Positions 1 through 9,448 of a stretch of 54,176 nucleotides of DNA are shown piece after piece (the stretch's first letter is position 1; every line of letters starts with the position of its first letter). The translations under genes and the position numbers were made by a program. Under the pieces are notes generated by a model. That model was not told the origin of the DNA. It saw only the letters and a program-made list of their open reading frames with translations, and searched no databases. The stretch covers positions 1 to 54,176 of IMG/VR virus record IMGVR_UViG_2563366830_000017; one strand, 5' to 3'. The DNA is from a virus. Taxonomy: Duplodnaviria > Heunggongvirae > Uroviricota > Caudoviricetes.

Positions 1-1284
1 TTACTTCTTCGCCTCTGCAACCACTTTACTACCCACGCCGCGGTTATTGTATTCCCACATGCGGTTGTAGTTAGTGTCATTCAGATTGCGCTGTATTTCG
101 TCGTTATCATCTACGCTGCCGGTATTACCCGCAAACGGACGATTAGAGATCACCGCATCGGCCCACGGTTTAGCCGTGTTAAAACCTTCGTTGATGGCGC
201 TATCACGGATCACCACCTGACCGTTGGTATTGGCATCAACATCCAGCGAGCGGCCCAGTTGCGCCACACCATCACCGAAAGCATTGAAACGGCTGTTTAC
301 GGCGAGGAAACCGTAGTAAATGTTGGACAGCGTAGCCGGTGCAAACACATACGCTTCTTGCTGAGTACGTGAGTTCACCACGCGGAATTCGGTGTTATCG
401 AACACCACTGCGCCGCGACCAGAAACGATATCCACATCCCCTTCAATGTAGCTGTTGGTCACCAGCGTACGCGGCTGACGATTCGTTTCCAGACGGTTCT
501 GCACACCGCTGTTGGTGACAAAGAAGGTGTTCTGACGACCGAGAATGTTAACGTTGTTAATCTGTACCTGGTCACCATCAGTACGCAGTGCCACCGCCGG
601 ATGGTTACCTGCATCTACGCTATCGCCCAGCGTGTTTTCGATGGTCAGATTTTGCAGTTGCAGGCCATTGTTTTGTGACCAGAAGACCGCAGAGCAGAGA
701 ACACCGATACTGTCGCTGCGTTTGCTCTGGCAGCTATCGTACATATACCACGCTGGTTTACCTGGCATATATTTGCCGCGCGGGTTGACGTCGTGACGCC
801 AGTCGGCAGGGCTCATGCCACCATCAAGGGAAAGCCCAATCTTCACATCAATCGGTTTTTCACCTGTACCGTACAGAGTAATTCCACCCGGAGCGGCAGG
901 GACATATACCGTTCCCTGATACTCACCAGGCATCACGGCAATATACTGGCGCTTGTTGGTACGCTTGATAATTGCCGCATCTACCGCCGCCTGAATCGTG
1001 GTATGCGTTACACCTTGAGTGCCCGCCGGGCCGACAACAAAGTCAGGTTGCGCAGGCAGGGTAATCGGGGAAGGATTCCACGCTGCAGCACCTGGTGTCA
1101 GGGATGCAAAATAGTGTTGAGCATCGAAATTCTGCGCTTCTTTTGCCGACAGAATCGGGCGAGAAGAGGTACCAGGCGCGGTTTGATCAGAAGGACGTTG
1201 ATCGGGCGGGGTTGAGCTACAGGCGGTCAGCGTCACGCCAAAAGCCAATGCCAGCGCCAGACGGGAAACTGAAAATGTGTTCAC
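1..1284 (-). CDS. ybhC: Host gene: pectinesterase-like outer-membrane lipoprotein / acyl-CoA thioesterase YbhC, complete
   Basis: 427-aa ORF with lipoprotein-type signal peptide (MNTFSVSRLALALAFGVTLTAC); recognised as the gene flanking attB-lambda; sits immediately outside the att core. Confidence 0.85.
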   Translation of the reverse strand: MNTFSVSRLALALAFGVTLTACSSTPPDQRPSDQTAPGTSSRPILSAKEAQNFDAQHYFASLTPGAAAWNPSPITLPAQPDFVVGPAGTQGVTHTTIQAAVDAAIIKRTNKRQYIAVMPGEYQGTVYVPAAPGGITLYGTGEKPIDVKIGLSLDGGMSPADWRHDVNPRGKYMPGKPAWYMYDSCQSKRSDSIGVLCSAVFWSQNNGLQLQNLTIENTLGDSVDAGNHPAVALRTDGDQVQINNVNILGRQNTFFVTNSGVQNRLETNRQPRTLVTNSYIEGDVDIVSGRGAVVFDNTEFRVVNSRTQQEAYVFAPATLSNIYYGFLAVNSRFNAFGDGVAQLGRSLDVDANTNGQVVIRDSAINEGFNTAKPWADAVISNRPFAGNTGSVDDNDEIQRNLNDTNYNRMWEYNNRGVGSKVVAEAKK

Positions 1285-1330
1285 AGGTTGCTCCGGGCTA
1301 TGAAATAGAAAAATGAATCCGTTGAAGCCT

Positions 1331-1345
1331 GCTTTTTTATACTAA
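1331..1345. other. attL: Lambda-type attachment core GCTTTTTTATACTAA (attL junction)
   Basis: Exact 15-bp lambda att core read in sequence, between ybhC and int. Confidence 0.85.
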
Positions 1346-1418
1346 GTTGGCATTATAAAAAAGCATTGCTTATCAATTTGTTGCAACGAACAGGTCACTA
1401 TCAGTCAAAATAAAATCA

Positions 1419-2489
1419 TTATTTGATTTCAATTTTGTCCCACTCCCTGCCTCTGTCATCACGATACTGTGATGCCATGGTGTCCGACTTATGCCCGAGA
1501 AGATGTTGAGCAAACTTATCGCTTATCTGCTTCTCATAGAGTCTTGCAGACAAACTGCGCAACTCGTGAAAGGTAGGCGGATCCCCTTCGAAGGAAAGAC
1601 CTGATGCTTTTCGTGCGCGCATAAAATACCTTGATACTGTGCCGGATGAAAGCGGTTCGCGACGAGTAGATGCAATTATGGTTTCTCCGCCAAGAATCTC
1701 TTTGCATTTATCAAGTGTTTCCTTCATTGATATTCCGAGAGCATCAACATGCAATGCTGTTGGGATGGCAATTTTTACGCCTGTTTTGCTTTGCTCGACA
1801 TAAAGATATCCATCTACGATATCAGACCACTTCATTTCGCATAAATCACCAACTCGTTGCCCGGTAACAACAGCCAGTTCCATTGCAAGTCTGAGCCAAC
1901 ATGGTGATGATTCTGCTGCTTGATAAATTTTCAGGTATTCGTCAGCCGTAAGTCTTGATCTCCTTACCTCTGATTTTGCTGCGCGAGTGGCAGCGACAGG
2001 GTTTGTTGTTATATGGCCTTCAGCTATTGCCTCTCGGAATGCATCGCTCAGTGTTGATCTGATTAACTTGGCTGACGCCGCCTTGCCCTCGTCTATGTAT
2101 CCATTGAGCATTGCCGCAATTTCTTTTGTGGTGATGTCTTCAAGTGGAGCATCAGGCAGACCCCTCCTTATTGCTTTAATTTTGCTCATGTAATTTATGA
2201 GTGTCTTCTGCTTGATTCCTCTGCTGGCCAGGATTTTTTCGTAGCGATCAAGCCATGAATGTAACGTAACGGAATTATCACTGTTGATTCTCGCTGTCAG
2301 AGGCTTGTGTTTGTGTCCTGAAAATAACTCAATGTTGGCCTGTATAGCTTCAGTGATTGCGATTCGCCTGTCTCGGCCTAATCCAAACTCTTTACCCGTC
2401 CTTGGGTCCCTGTAGCAGTAATATCCATTGTTTCTTATATAAAGGTTAGGGGGTAAATCCCGGCGCTCATGACTTCGCCTTCTTCCCAT
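1419..2489 (-). CDS. int: Lambda-type tyrosine integrase Int
   Basis: 356-aa ORF; sequence matches my recollection of lambda Int (MGRRRSHERRDLPPNLYIRNNGYYCYRDPRTGKEF...); adjacent to att core. Confidence 0.95.
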   Translation of the reverse strand: MGRRRSHERRDLPPNLYIRNNGYYCYRDPRTGKEFGLGRDRRIAITEAIQANIELFSGHKHKPLTARINSDNSVTLHSWLDRYEKILASRGIKQKTLINYMSKIKAIRRGLPDAPLEDITTKEIAAMLNGYIDEGKAASAKLIRSTLSDAFREAIAEGHITTNPVAATRAAKSEVRRSRLTADEYLKIYQAAESSPCWLRLAMELAVVTGQRVGDLCEMKWSDIVDGYLYVEQSKTGVKIAIPTALHVDALGISMKETLDKCKEILGGETIIASTRREPLSSGTVSRYFMRARKASGLSFEGDPPTFHELRSLSARLYEKQISDKFAQHLLGHKSDTMASQYRDDRGREWDKIEIK

Positions 2490-2685
2490 TTCTGATCCTC
2501 TTCAAAAGGCTACCTGTTACTGGTCGATTTAAGTCAACCTTTACCGCTGATTCGTGGAACAGATATTCTCTTCCATCCTTAACCGGAGGAGGGAATATCC
2601 TGCATTCGCGCACCCATCGACGAACTGTTTCAAGGCTTCTTGGGCGTCGCTGGCGAGCGTTCCACTCCTGAAGTGTCAAGTACAT
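2467..2685 (-). CDS. xis: Excisionase Xis
   Basis: 72-aa ORF MYLTLQEWNARQRRPRSLETVRRWVRECRIFPPP... matching lambda Xis; overlaps int start as in lambda. Confidence 0.93.
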   Translation of the reverse strand: MYLTLQEWNARQRRPRSLETVRRWVRECRIFPPPVKDGREYLFHESAVKVDLNRPVTGSLLKRIRNGKKAKS

Positions 2686-2707
2686 CGCAAAGTCTCCGCA
2701 ATTACAC

Positions 2708-2733
2708 GCAAGAAAAAACCGCCATCAGGCGGC
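2708..2733 (-). terminator. Hairpin plus T-run on minus strand (rho-independent terminator-like)
   Basis: Minus-strand reading GCCGCC-TGAT-GGCGGT followed by TTTTTT; overlaps stop of small ORF 2725..2892. Confidence 0.4.
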
Positions 2734-2892
2734 TTGGTGTTCTTTCAGTTCTTCAATTCGAATATTGGTTACGTCTGCATGTGCTATCTGCGCCCACAGC
2801 ATCCAGTGGTTATAGCAGTCGCTGATGTTCTCGGCTTCGATAACTCTGTTGAATGGTTCTCCATTCCATTCACCTGTAACTCGGAAGTGCAT
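2725..2892 (-). CDS. Small hypothetical protein (55 aa), b-region
   Basis: ATG-initiated ORF MHFRVTGEWNGEPFNRVIEAENISDCYNHW... translated by hand; below ORF-track cutoff. Confidence 0.35.
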   Translation of the reverse strand: MHFRVTGEWNGEPFNRVIEAENISDCYNHWMLWAQIAHADVTNIRIEELKEHQAA

Positions 2893-3240
2893 TTATCATC
2901 GCCATAAAACAAAACTCGCCGTAGCGAGTTCAGATAAAAGAAAACCCGCACTCGGCGGGTTCGCATTCGTTCAAATTGCGTTTACTTCTTGGCGTTCTGT
3001 TCATCCATATCGATATACCATGGGTTGCTTCCCTTGGGCATGTTTAACGACTGCTCGCGATAGTATCTGATGCGCTCCATGAAATACTCGCGTGAGTGCT
3101 CAGGTTGCTCTCATGATACCTGCTCAGTGATAACAGGTATGTTAAGGCGCTCTCTGTACTCCATGCCTGATGCTGCAAGGTCAACGTTTACCTTGTTCTG
3201 TTTTTCTTTCGATTTCTCGGCGATGTTATGCCTGACATTG

Positions 3241-3525
3241 TCAACCCGCCTCCTTCTGAACATAACGGTTATAAATCAGTCCCTGAGGGCCATAAGGAAG
3301 CGGGATGTGCAACTCCTCTGGTTCAGAAACTATCCATTCCCCGGCCATCTCCGCTGGAGAGGTAATGATAAGTTGTTTGCTAATAAAAGGACCACTCCTC
3401 TCAACAACAAGCTTACCATCTTCATTAATAAAAGCTTGGATGTCAGGTGTGCTTCCACACTTGGTGATGCAGCGTTTGAACATTTTGTGTCCCCCCATTT
3501 TATGGACGGGGTAATTATAACACAT
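3241..3525 (-). CDS. Hypothetical b-region protein (start uncertain; internal Met candidates)
   Basis: 94-aa ORF in the position of lambda ea8.5; contains CxxC pair (CITKCG). Confidence 0.45.
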   Translation of the reverse strand: MCYNYPVHKMGGHKMFKRCITKCGSTPDIQAFINEDGKLVVERSGPFISKQLIITSPAEMAGEWIVSEPEELHIPLPYGPQGLIYNRYVQKEAG

Positions 3526-3609
3526 TGAAATATAGTAATATTTGACGTAGATTTCTTTTGATCTATAAGCGATTTTTTAATGCTTTTAAGTTATAAATAC
3601 TTGTTTTCA

Positions 3610-4185
3610 TCACCCATCTTGCTGCGGTGCTACTATTGAAAAGTACTCACACCCTTTAGCCCAAATAGTTTTGATAGTTGTCCAACTGACTGGAACCTTG
3701 ATTTCGATTCTTCCGCTGCCGTCACAAGTTTCGCAATCATCATCACCAAAGCATTCCGGGCAGCTTATAAACGTAGTTTCTGAAAATTCACCGGATAGCA
3801 CACCCTTAGCGCCGTTCTCAGCGGTTAGTTTCTTCGGCACTATAACCCAACCATCCGGAGTTACCGGAGAATTGCCATTTATATCGAAGTTTGGCTCTGC
3901 GTCCTGAACCAGGAGGATGTAACCATTCTTGGCAGTATCAAGTTCTAACGCCTCGGTGACGGTACCGAAATAGCGATTACCTAAATCCGCATCACAAGTG
4001 CTTACATCAATGGAAACCTCCATGCCTTCGATTAATTCTGGCAAGTTGTAAGTTTGGCTTACAGGTTCTGCTCCCAGTGATGCCAGTGCAATTCGTGCCA
4101 GTTCCATTTGTTCGCCACGAGTAAGCCCGTTTTCAAGCGGATTTTTAATGAACAATTCAATACGTTCTTTGGTAATAGTGGTCAT
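3610..4185 (-). CDS. Hypothetical protein with C-terminal Cys-rich motif (CPECFGDDDCETCDGSG)
   Basis: 191-aa ORF, tightly packed in minus-strand operon; zinc-ribbon-like CxxC...CxxC spacing seen in translation. Confidence 0.55.
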   Translation of the reverse strand: MTTITKERIELFIKNPLENGLTRGEQMELARIALASLGAEPVSQTYNLPELIEGMEVSIDVSTCDADLGNRYFGTVTEALELDTAKNGYILLVQDAEPNFDINGNSPVTPDGWVIVPKKLTAENGAKGVLSGEFSETTFISCPECFGDDDCETCDGSGRIEIKVPVSWTTIKTIWAKGCEYFSIVAPQQDG

Positions 4186-4195
4186 TTGTTAGTCC

Positions 4196-4993
4196 TTAAA
4201 CTGCTAGTTGCAATTGCATTTCAAAGCGGTCGCGTTGTTCACAATACGCAAGAGAACCAGGGCTATTGTGTGCCTCAATCCGTTCTACCATTAATGCTGC
4301 GCGTGTCTCTTTACTTGCAGGTGCATAAGCCCCAGACCAGGCTTTATCAATACCGATGTTTCGAGCGACGTTCGTACTATCTGCGCTGGCTAAGGGTAAT
4401 TTTGTGAATATCAGCGGATTTAACATGCGCAATCCATGTAGTTTCGTAACCGGCTGACCATGCCCATCAACAATGTGACGAATCAGGTCTTTCATTCTGG
4501 CTACCGCAAGAGTTGGGCGCTTTACGTCATAGTCGCCACAACTACCGATAGCCACTCGCGGAAACTCATTGCACAAATGAATAAATCGCTCGTCACTTTC
4601 ATTCATGTGCCACACTGGAACGCCAGCTAGTTTTCCGTGAGGCCACTCATTCAGAAGCGCATCATTTTCCTCCTCTCCGCCATCAATAACATCCGGGATA
4701 ATGGCAAAATCGAATCCTGGGTGATTCTTCCAGCGAGCAACAAACTCGTAGTAATCGCTCCAGTCGATTTTGTTTTTGCCAGCTGCTTTCCAGGCGGTGA
4801 ATGCACCGTTGTCCAGCGCGAACGACTGACAGTATTCAGTCGCGAGATTGATCTGGCCTGAATGCGCAAAACTGATAAACGCATGTCGCCCTTTCCATGC
4901 TCTCATTGCGCACGTATCAGGAGTAATAGGCCCACCGTGGTAGTGAATCATCTCACTCTCCTTTGATGCGAATGCCAGTAGCGCGGATTGCAT
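4196..4993 (-). CDS. Hypothetical protein (265 aa), b-region accessory gene
   Basis: Long ORF in operon with neighbours; no family confidently recognised. Confidence 0.55.
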   Translation of the reverse strand: MQSALLAFASKESEMIHYHGGPITPDTCAMRAWKGRHAFISFAHSGQINLATEYCQSFALDNGAFTAWKAAGKNKIDWSDYYEFVARWKNHPGFDFAIIPDVIDGGEEENDALLNEWPHGKLAGVPVWHMNESDERFIHLCNEFPRVAIGSCGDYDVKRPTLAVARMKDLIRHIVDGHGQPVTKLHGLRMLNPLIFTKLPLASADSTNVARNIGIDKAWSGAYAPASKETRAALMVERIEAHNSPGSLAYCEQRDRFEMQLQLAV

Positions 4994-5360
4994 CGATGAC
5001 TTCAGAAACTTTGTATGCCATTACCGTTTGGTAATCATCGTGAAAATCTGTTCGATGAAGCATGCTGCTACGTTCCGGGAGCAGTATTTCCCGCGCTTCC
5101 AGTTCTGCAATGCGCTTTTTTGCTGCTTCCAGTTCATCCAGTAATTCCAGCACGGTAGCCGGATTAGCCTTGGCAACAAAATCCCGGACTGGCTTACAAT
5201 CAATCTCCGCAATGGGTTGATACGATGTGTAGCCATGCTGTCTTGTATAACTACCGTGACGAATAACGAAAAAATCACCATTTATTTTTTTAGCCTGCCA
5301 CTTATCTTCACCGGCTTTCTCTGCCGCTTCACGCAGTGCCTGAGAGTTAATTTCGCTCAC
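4953..5360 (-). CDS. Ea22-like protein (Ead/Ea22 family)
   Basis: N-terminus MSEINSQALREAAE and C-terminus IRIKGE match my recollection of lambda Ea22 termini; coiled-coil-like middle. Confidence 0.6.
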   Translation of the reverse strand: MSEINSQALREAAEKAGEDKWQAKKINGDFFVIRHGSYTRQHGYTSYQPIAEIDCKPVRDFVAKANPATVLELLDELEAAKKRIAELEAREILLPERSSMLHRTDFHDDYQTVMAYKVSEVIDAIRATGIRIKGE

Positions 5361-5578
5361 GTCGAACCTCTCTGTTTACTGATAAGCTCCAGATCTTGCT
5401 GGCAACTGGCACAAGTCCGACAACCCTGAACGGCCAGTCGTCTTCGTTCATCTATCGGATCGCCACACTCACAACAATGAGTGGCAGATATAGCCTGGTG
5501 GTTCAGGCGGCGCATTTTTATTGCTGTGTTGCGCTGTAATTCTTCAATTTCTGATGCTGAATCAATTATGTCTGCCAT
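5357..5578 (-). CDS. TraR/DksA-family C4 zinc-finger protein (lambda orf73-like)
   Basis: 73-aa ORF with CCECGDPIDERRR...CRTCASCQ motif typical of TraR/DksA zinc finger. Confidence 0.75.
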   Translation of the reverse strand: MADIIDSASEIEELQRNTAIKMRRLNHQAISATHCCECGDPIDERRRLAVQGCRTCASCQQDLELISKQRGST

Positions 5579-5676
5579 CTTTCATTAATCCCTGAATTGT
5601 TGGTTAATACGCTTGAGGGTGAATGCGAATAATAAAAAAGGAGCCTGTAGCTCCCTGATGATTTTGCTTTTCATGT

Positions 5677-5892
5677 TCACCGTTCCTTAAAGACGCCGTT
5701 CAACATGCCGATCGCCAGGCTTAAATGAGTCGGTGTGAATCCCATCAGCGTTACCGTTTCGCGGTGCTTCTTTAGTACGCTACGGCAAATGTAATCGACG
5801 TTTTTATCCGGAAACTGCTGTCTGGCTTTTTTGATTTCAGAATTAGCCTGACGGGCAATGCTGCGAAGGGCGTTTTCTTGCTGAGGTGTCAT
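5677..5892 (-). CDS. Hypothetical small protein
   Basis: ORF track 5677..5958; internal Met (MTPQQENALRSIARQ...) chosen as likelier start. Confidence 0.35.
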   Translation of the reverse strand: MTPQQENALRSIARQANSEIKKARQQFPDKNVDYICRSVLKKHRETVTLMGFTPTHLSLAIGMLNGVFKER

Positions 5893-5968
5893 TGAACAAG
5901 CCCCATGTCGGCAAGCATAAGCACACAGAATATGAAGCCCGCTGCCAGAAAAATGCATTCAGTGGTTG

Positions 5969-6160
5969 TCATACCTGGTCTCTCTCATCTGCTTCTGCTT
6001 TCGCCACCATCATTTCCAGCTTTTGTGAAAGGGATGCGGCTAACGTATGAAATTCTTCGTCTGTTTCTACTGATATTGGCACAAACCTGACTCCAATTTG
6101 AGCGAGGCTATGTGCCATCTCGATACTCGTTCTTAACTCAACGGGAGATGCTTTGTGCAT
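5969..6160 (-). CDS. Hypothetical small protein (63 aa)
   Basis: ORF in operon context upstream of exo. Confidence 0.35.
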   Translation of the reverse strand: MHKASPVELRTSIEMAHSLAQIGVRFVPISVETDEEFHTLAASLSQKLEMMVAKAEADERDQV

Positions 6161-6311
6161 ACAGCTCCCCGTTTATTATTTATCTCCTCAGCCAGCCGCT
6201 GTGCTTTCAGGGGATTTCTGATAACAGAAAGGCCGGGAAATACCCAGCCTCGCTTTGTAATGGAGTAGACGAAAGTGATCGCGCCCACCCGGATATTATC
6301 GTGAGGATGCG

Positions 6312-6992
6312 TCATCGCCATTGCTCCCCAAATACAAAACCAATTTCAGCCAGTGCCTCGTCCATTTTTTCGATGAACTCCGGCACCATCTCGTCAAAAC
6401 TCGCCATGTACTTTTCATCCCGCTCAACCACGACATAATGCAGGCCTTCACGCTTCATACGCGGGTCATAGTTGGCAAAGTACCAGGCATCTTTTCGCGT
6501 CACCCACATGCTGTACTGCACCTGGGCCATGTAAGCCGACTTTATGGCCTCGAAACCACCGAGCCGGAACTTCATGAAATCCCGGGAGGTAAACGGGCAT
6601 TTCAGCTCAAGGCCATTGCCGTCACTGCATAAACCATCGGGAGAGCAGGCGGTACGCATACTTTCGTCGCGATAGATGATCGGGGATTCAGTAACATTCA
6701 CGCCGGAAGTGAATTCAAACAGAGTTCTGGCGTCGTTCTCGTACTGTTTTCCCCATGCCAGCGCCTTAGCATTAACTTCCGGAGCCACACCGGTGCAAAC
6801 CTCAGCCAGCAGGGTGTGGAAGTAGGACATTTTCATGTCAGGCCACTTTTTTCCGGAGCGGGGTTTTGCTATCACATTGTGAACTTCTGAAGCGGTGATG
6901 ACGCCGAGCCGTAATTTGTGCCACGCATCATCCCCCTGTTCGACAGCTCTCACGTCGATTCCGGTACGCTGCAGGATAATGTCCGGTGTCAT
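6312..6992 (-). CDS. exo: Lambda exonuclease (Red-alpha)
   Basis: 226-aa [43 protein letters not shown]... matches lambda Exo. Confidence 0.97.
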   Translation of the reverse strand: MTPDIILQRTGIDVRAVEQGDDAWHKLRLGVITASEVHNVIAKPRSGKKWPDMKMSYFHTLLAEVCTGVAPEVNAKALAWGKQYENDARTLFEFTSGVNVTESPIIYRDESMRTACSPDGLCSDGNGLELKCPFTSRDFMKFRLGGFEAIKSAYMAQVQYSMWVTRKDAWYFANYDPRMKREGLHYVVVERDEKYMASFDEMVPEFIEKMDEALAEIGFVFGEQWR

Positions 6993-7774
6993 GCAGCCAC
7001 CTTCTGCTCAGTGGCTTTCTGTTTCAGGAATCCAAGAGCTTTCACTGCTTCGGCCTGTGTCAGTTCTGACGATGCGCGAATGTCGCGGCGAAATATCTGG
7101 GAACAGAGCGGCAATAAGTCGTCATCCCATGTTTTATCCAGGGCAATCAGCAGAGTGTTAATCTCCTGCATGGTTTCATCGTTAACCGGAGTGATGTCGC
7201 GTTCCGGCTGACGTTCTGCAGTGTATGCGGTATTTTCGACAATGCGCTCGGCTTCATCCTTGTCATAGATACCCGCAAATCCGAAGGCCAGACGGGCACA
7301 CTGAATCATGGCTTTATGCCGTAACATCCGTTTGGGATGCGACTGCCACGGCCCCGTAATTTCTCTGCCTTCGCGGGTTTTGAATGGTTCGCGGCGGCAT
7401 TCATCCATCCACTCGGTAACGCAGATCGGATGATTACGGTCCTTGCGGTAAATCCGGCATGTACAGGATTCATTGTCCTGCTCAAAGTCCATGCCATCAA
7501 ACTGCTGGTTTTCATTGATGATGCGGGACCAGCCATCAACGCCCACCACCGGAACGATGCCATTCTGCTTATCAGGAAAGGTGTAAATTTCTTTCGTCCA
7601 CGGATTAAGGCCGTACTGGTTGGCAACGATCAGTAATGCGATGAACTGCGCATCGCTGGCATCACCTTTAAATGCCGTCTGGCGAAGAGTGGTGATCAGT
7701 TCCTGTGGGTCGACAGAATCCATGCCGACACGTTCAGCCAGCTTCCCAGCCAGCGTTGCGAGTGCTGTACTCAT
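6989..7774 (-). CDS. bet: Recombination protein Bet (Red-beta)
   Basis: 261-aa [44 protein letters not shown]... matches lambda Bet. Confidence 0.97.
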   Translation of the reverse strand: MSTALATLAGKLAERVGMDSVDPQELITTLRQTAFKGDASDAQFIALLIVANQYGLNPWTKEIYTFPDKQNGIVPVVGVDGWSRIINENQQFDGMDFEQDNESCTCRIYRKDRNHPICVTEWMDECRREPFKTREGREITGPWQSHPKRMLRHKAMIQCARLAFGFAGIYDKDEAERIVENTAYTAERQPERDITPVNDETMQEINTLLIALDKTWDDDLLPLCSQIFRRDIRASSELTQAEAVKALGFLKQKATEQKVAA

Positions 7775-7779
7775 CCGTT

Positions 7780-8076
7780 TTATACCTCTGAATCAATATC
7801 AACCTGGTGGTGAGCAATGGTTTCAACCATGTACCGGATGTGTTCTGCCATGCGCTCCTGAAACTCAACATCGTCATCAAACGCACGGGTAATGGCTTTT
7901 TTGCTGGCCCCGTGGCGTTGCAAATGATCGATGCATAGCGATTCAAACAGGTGCTGGGGCAGGCCTTTTTCCATGTCGTCTGCCAGTTCTGCCTCTTTCT
8001 CTTCACGGGCGATCTGCTGGTAGTGACGCGCCCAGCTCTGAGCCTCAAGACGATCCTGAATGTAATAAGCGTTCAT
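7780..8076 (-). CDS. gam: RecBCD inhibitor Gam (short 98-aa form only)
   Basis: [38 protein letters not shown]... matches lambda Gam; in-frame stop upstream prevents the 138-aa long form. Confidence 0.9.
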   Translation of the reverse strand: MNAYYIQDRLEAQSWARHYQQIAREEKEAELADDMEKGLPQHLFESLCIDHLQRHGASKKAITRAFDDDVEFQERMAEHIRYMVETIAHHQVDIDSEV

Positions 8077-8151
8077 GGCTGAACTCCTGAAAATGGCTGT
8101 GAAAATATCGCCCGCGAAATGCCAGGCTGATTAGGAAAACAGGAAAGGGGA

Positions 8152-8442
8152 TTAGCGATTCAGGCCGTTACCGCGTCCGTCGAGAAAAACTTCCACGAGC
8201 AAATCACGGGTATAAGTGCGCTCGATGCCGCGATGCAGATAAAGCCGTCCGCGTAAATTAGCTGATGCAGTCCAGGTACCATCTTTGTGTTTGACCAGCA
8301 TTCCTGGCATGACCGCACCTCGATTAACGGTCTGCGTTCCGTAATGTTGATGAACCATAAAAACTCCTGCCCGTAAGCTGGGCTGCTGAACATATAGAGA
8401 CTTCTGCGCGTATTCAGGCGGTGGATGGCCGCCGGTTGTCAT
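8152..8442 (-). CDS. Hypothetical early-left protein (first ORF downstream of putative pL)
   Basis: ORF track 8152..8562 begins at a non-ATG codon; ATG with upstream GAGG at 8442 gives 96 aa. Confidence 0.4.
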   Translation of the reverse strand: MTTGGHPPPEYAQKSLYVQQPSLRAGVFMVHQHYGTQTVNRGAVMPGMLVKHKDGTWTASANLRGRLYLHRGIERTYTRDLLVEVFLDGRGNGLNR

Positions 8443-8629
8443 AACTAAGTCGCCTCGTTGAAGCGACTGAGGTATGAAGTGTTGAGTTGATTTCAGCTGG
8501 TCACACCGACGTTCACGCGTCCGCTTCACCCCTCGCACTCCCCGAAGCCTGCTGAAATTCAAACTGCGGATCTAAGCGGTCATCGCAACGGTGAAACAGG
8601 TGGTTACCGTATCGTTGTGTCGTTGCGAT

Positions 8630-8720
8630 GAATTTATTTAAAACTATAGTTGTTTTATCGTCAACAACAAAAGTTGTTTTATCGGTTGTTTTAAATATAA
8701 CTGGTTGTATTTAGGATGGA
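8630..8720. promoter_or_regulatory. Putative oL/pL operator region: repeated GTTGTTTT motifs
   Basis: 13-bp direct repeat AGTTGTTTTATCG twice plus further TGGTTGT(T/A) copies; same motif family as the cI-cro intergenic region. Confidence 0.45.
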
Positions 8721-8800
8721 TTTATTTTGTGACTTGCATCGCATAGCGATAACTGAAGTGAGGTGTGGTGGTTTTTTGGACGGTATGAGTTATGAGGGGG

Positions 8801-8830
8801 AGGAAAAGAAAACCCGGCGCGGTTGCCGGG
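8801..8830 (-). terminator. Rho-independent terminator downstream of lipoprotein gene
   Basis: Minus-strand CCCGGC-AACC-GCGCCGGG hairpin followed by TTTTCTTTTC. Confidence 0.6.
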
Positions 8831-8838
8831 TATGATTA

Positions 8839-9219
8839 TCAGTCAGCCCAACCTGATTTCGAGTTTATTTGGGTTTCTGACATTGTGTATTTCTTAATCG
8901 TGTCATCGTTAAAAAGAATAGTAAGTTCTTTTTTCGTACCGTTCGTTCCATTATGGAATAATCCATAGAATGGAATAAAAGTGGTGCCATTAACTTTTAC
9001 TTTTGCAAAGGCGTACTTCCAGATCTCGTTTCCACTGTCAGTATATGAAACAGCATCAGGAGAACCAAAGTAAGATTTAACCTCATTCTTGGTTGTTTTA
9101 CCTTCCTGAAGTTTAGACTGGACACTAATTTCAGTTTCATTTTTGAGTTGCTGGTTGCCTGAAGAAGCACACCCAGCCAATACAGATGCCATCATGGCAG
9201 CGATTAGGATTTTTCTCAT
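8839..9219 (-). CDS. Lipoprotein (signal peptide plus lipobox Cys), moron between immunity gene and pL
   Basis: MRKILIAAMMASVLAGCASS lipoprotein signal; AT-rich relative to neighbours; own terminator. Confidence 0.7.
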   Translation of the reverse strand: MRKILIAAMMASVLAGCASSGNQQLKNETEISVQSKLQEGKTTKNEVKSYFGSPDAVSYTDSGNEIWKYAFAKVKVNGTTFIPFYGLFHNGTNGTKKELTILFNDDTIKKYTMSETQINSKSGWAD

Positions 9220-9448
9220 TTTATGTTTCCATTCATTATAATCAGAAACATCTTAACATAATGATTCGAAATAAAAACCGCTACGAGATAGGGGGACATT
9301 TTGCTGACAGTAGCAACAAATCTCAGCTAACAACGAGAATATTTACTGAAATATGCAAACAGATTTGGCGTTCTTATAGAGAATTTAGTGCAATATCTAA
9401 TCCGAGTGGTATAAACCTTAACCTTCGCTCCCTTAAGTCGTAGATAAA

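Noticed and set aside
3070-3528. 152-aa plus-strand ORF in the b-region
   Set aside because: Overlaps and is antisense to the minus-strand operon (3241..3525) in a region transcribed leftward from pL; no RBS or operon context.
4196-4993. Assignment of the 265-aa b-region protein to the tRNA-guanine transglycosylase/DpdA family
   Set aside because: Only vague motif resemblance (D-x-G-x-F, VAIGS) and no zinc-binding CxCxxC; insufficient to support a call without profile search.
8152-8562. Possible N-like antiterminator (Arg-rich N-terminus) as first pL gene
   Set aside because: The Arg-rich segment is only included if translation starts at a non-ATG codon and the rest of the protein shows no resemblance to N proteins that I recall; kept as hypothetical protein with an internal ATG start.
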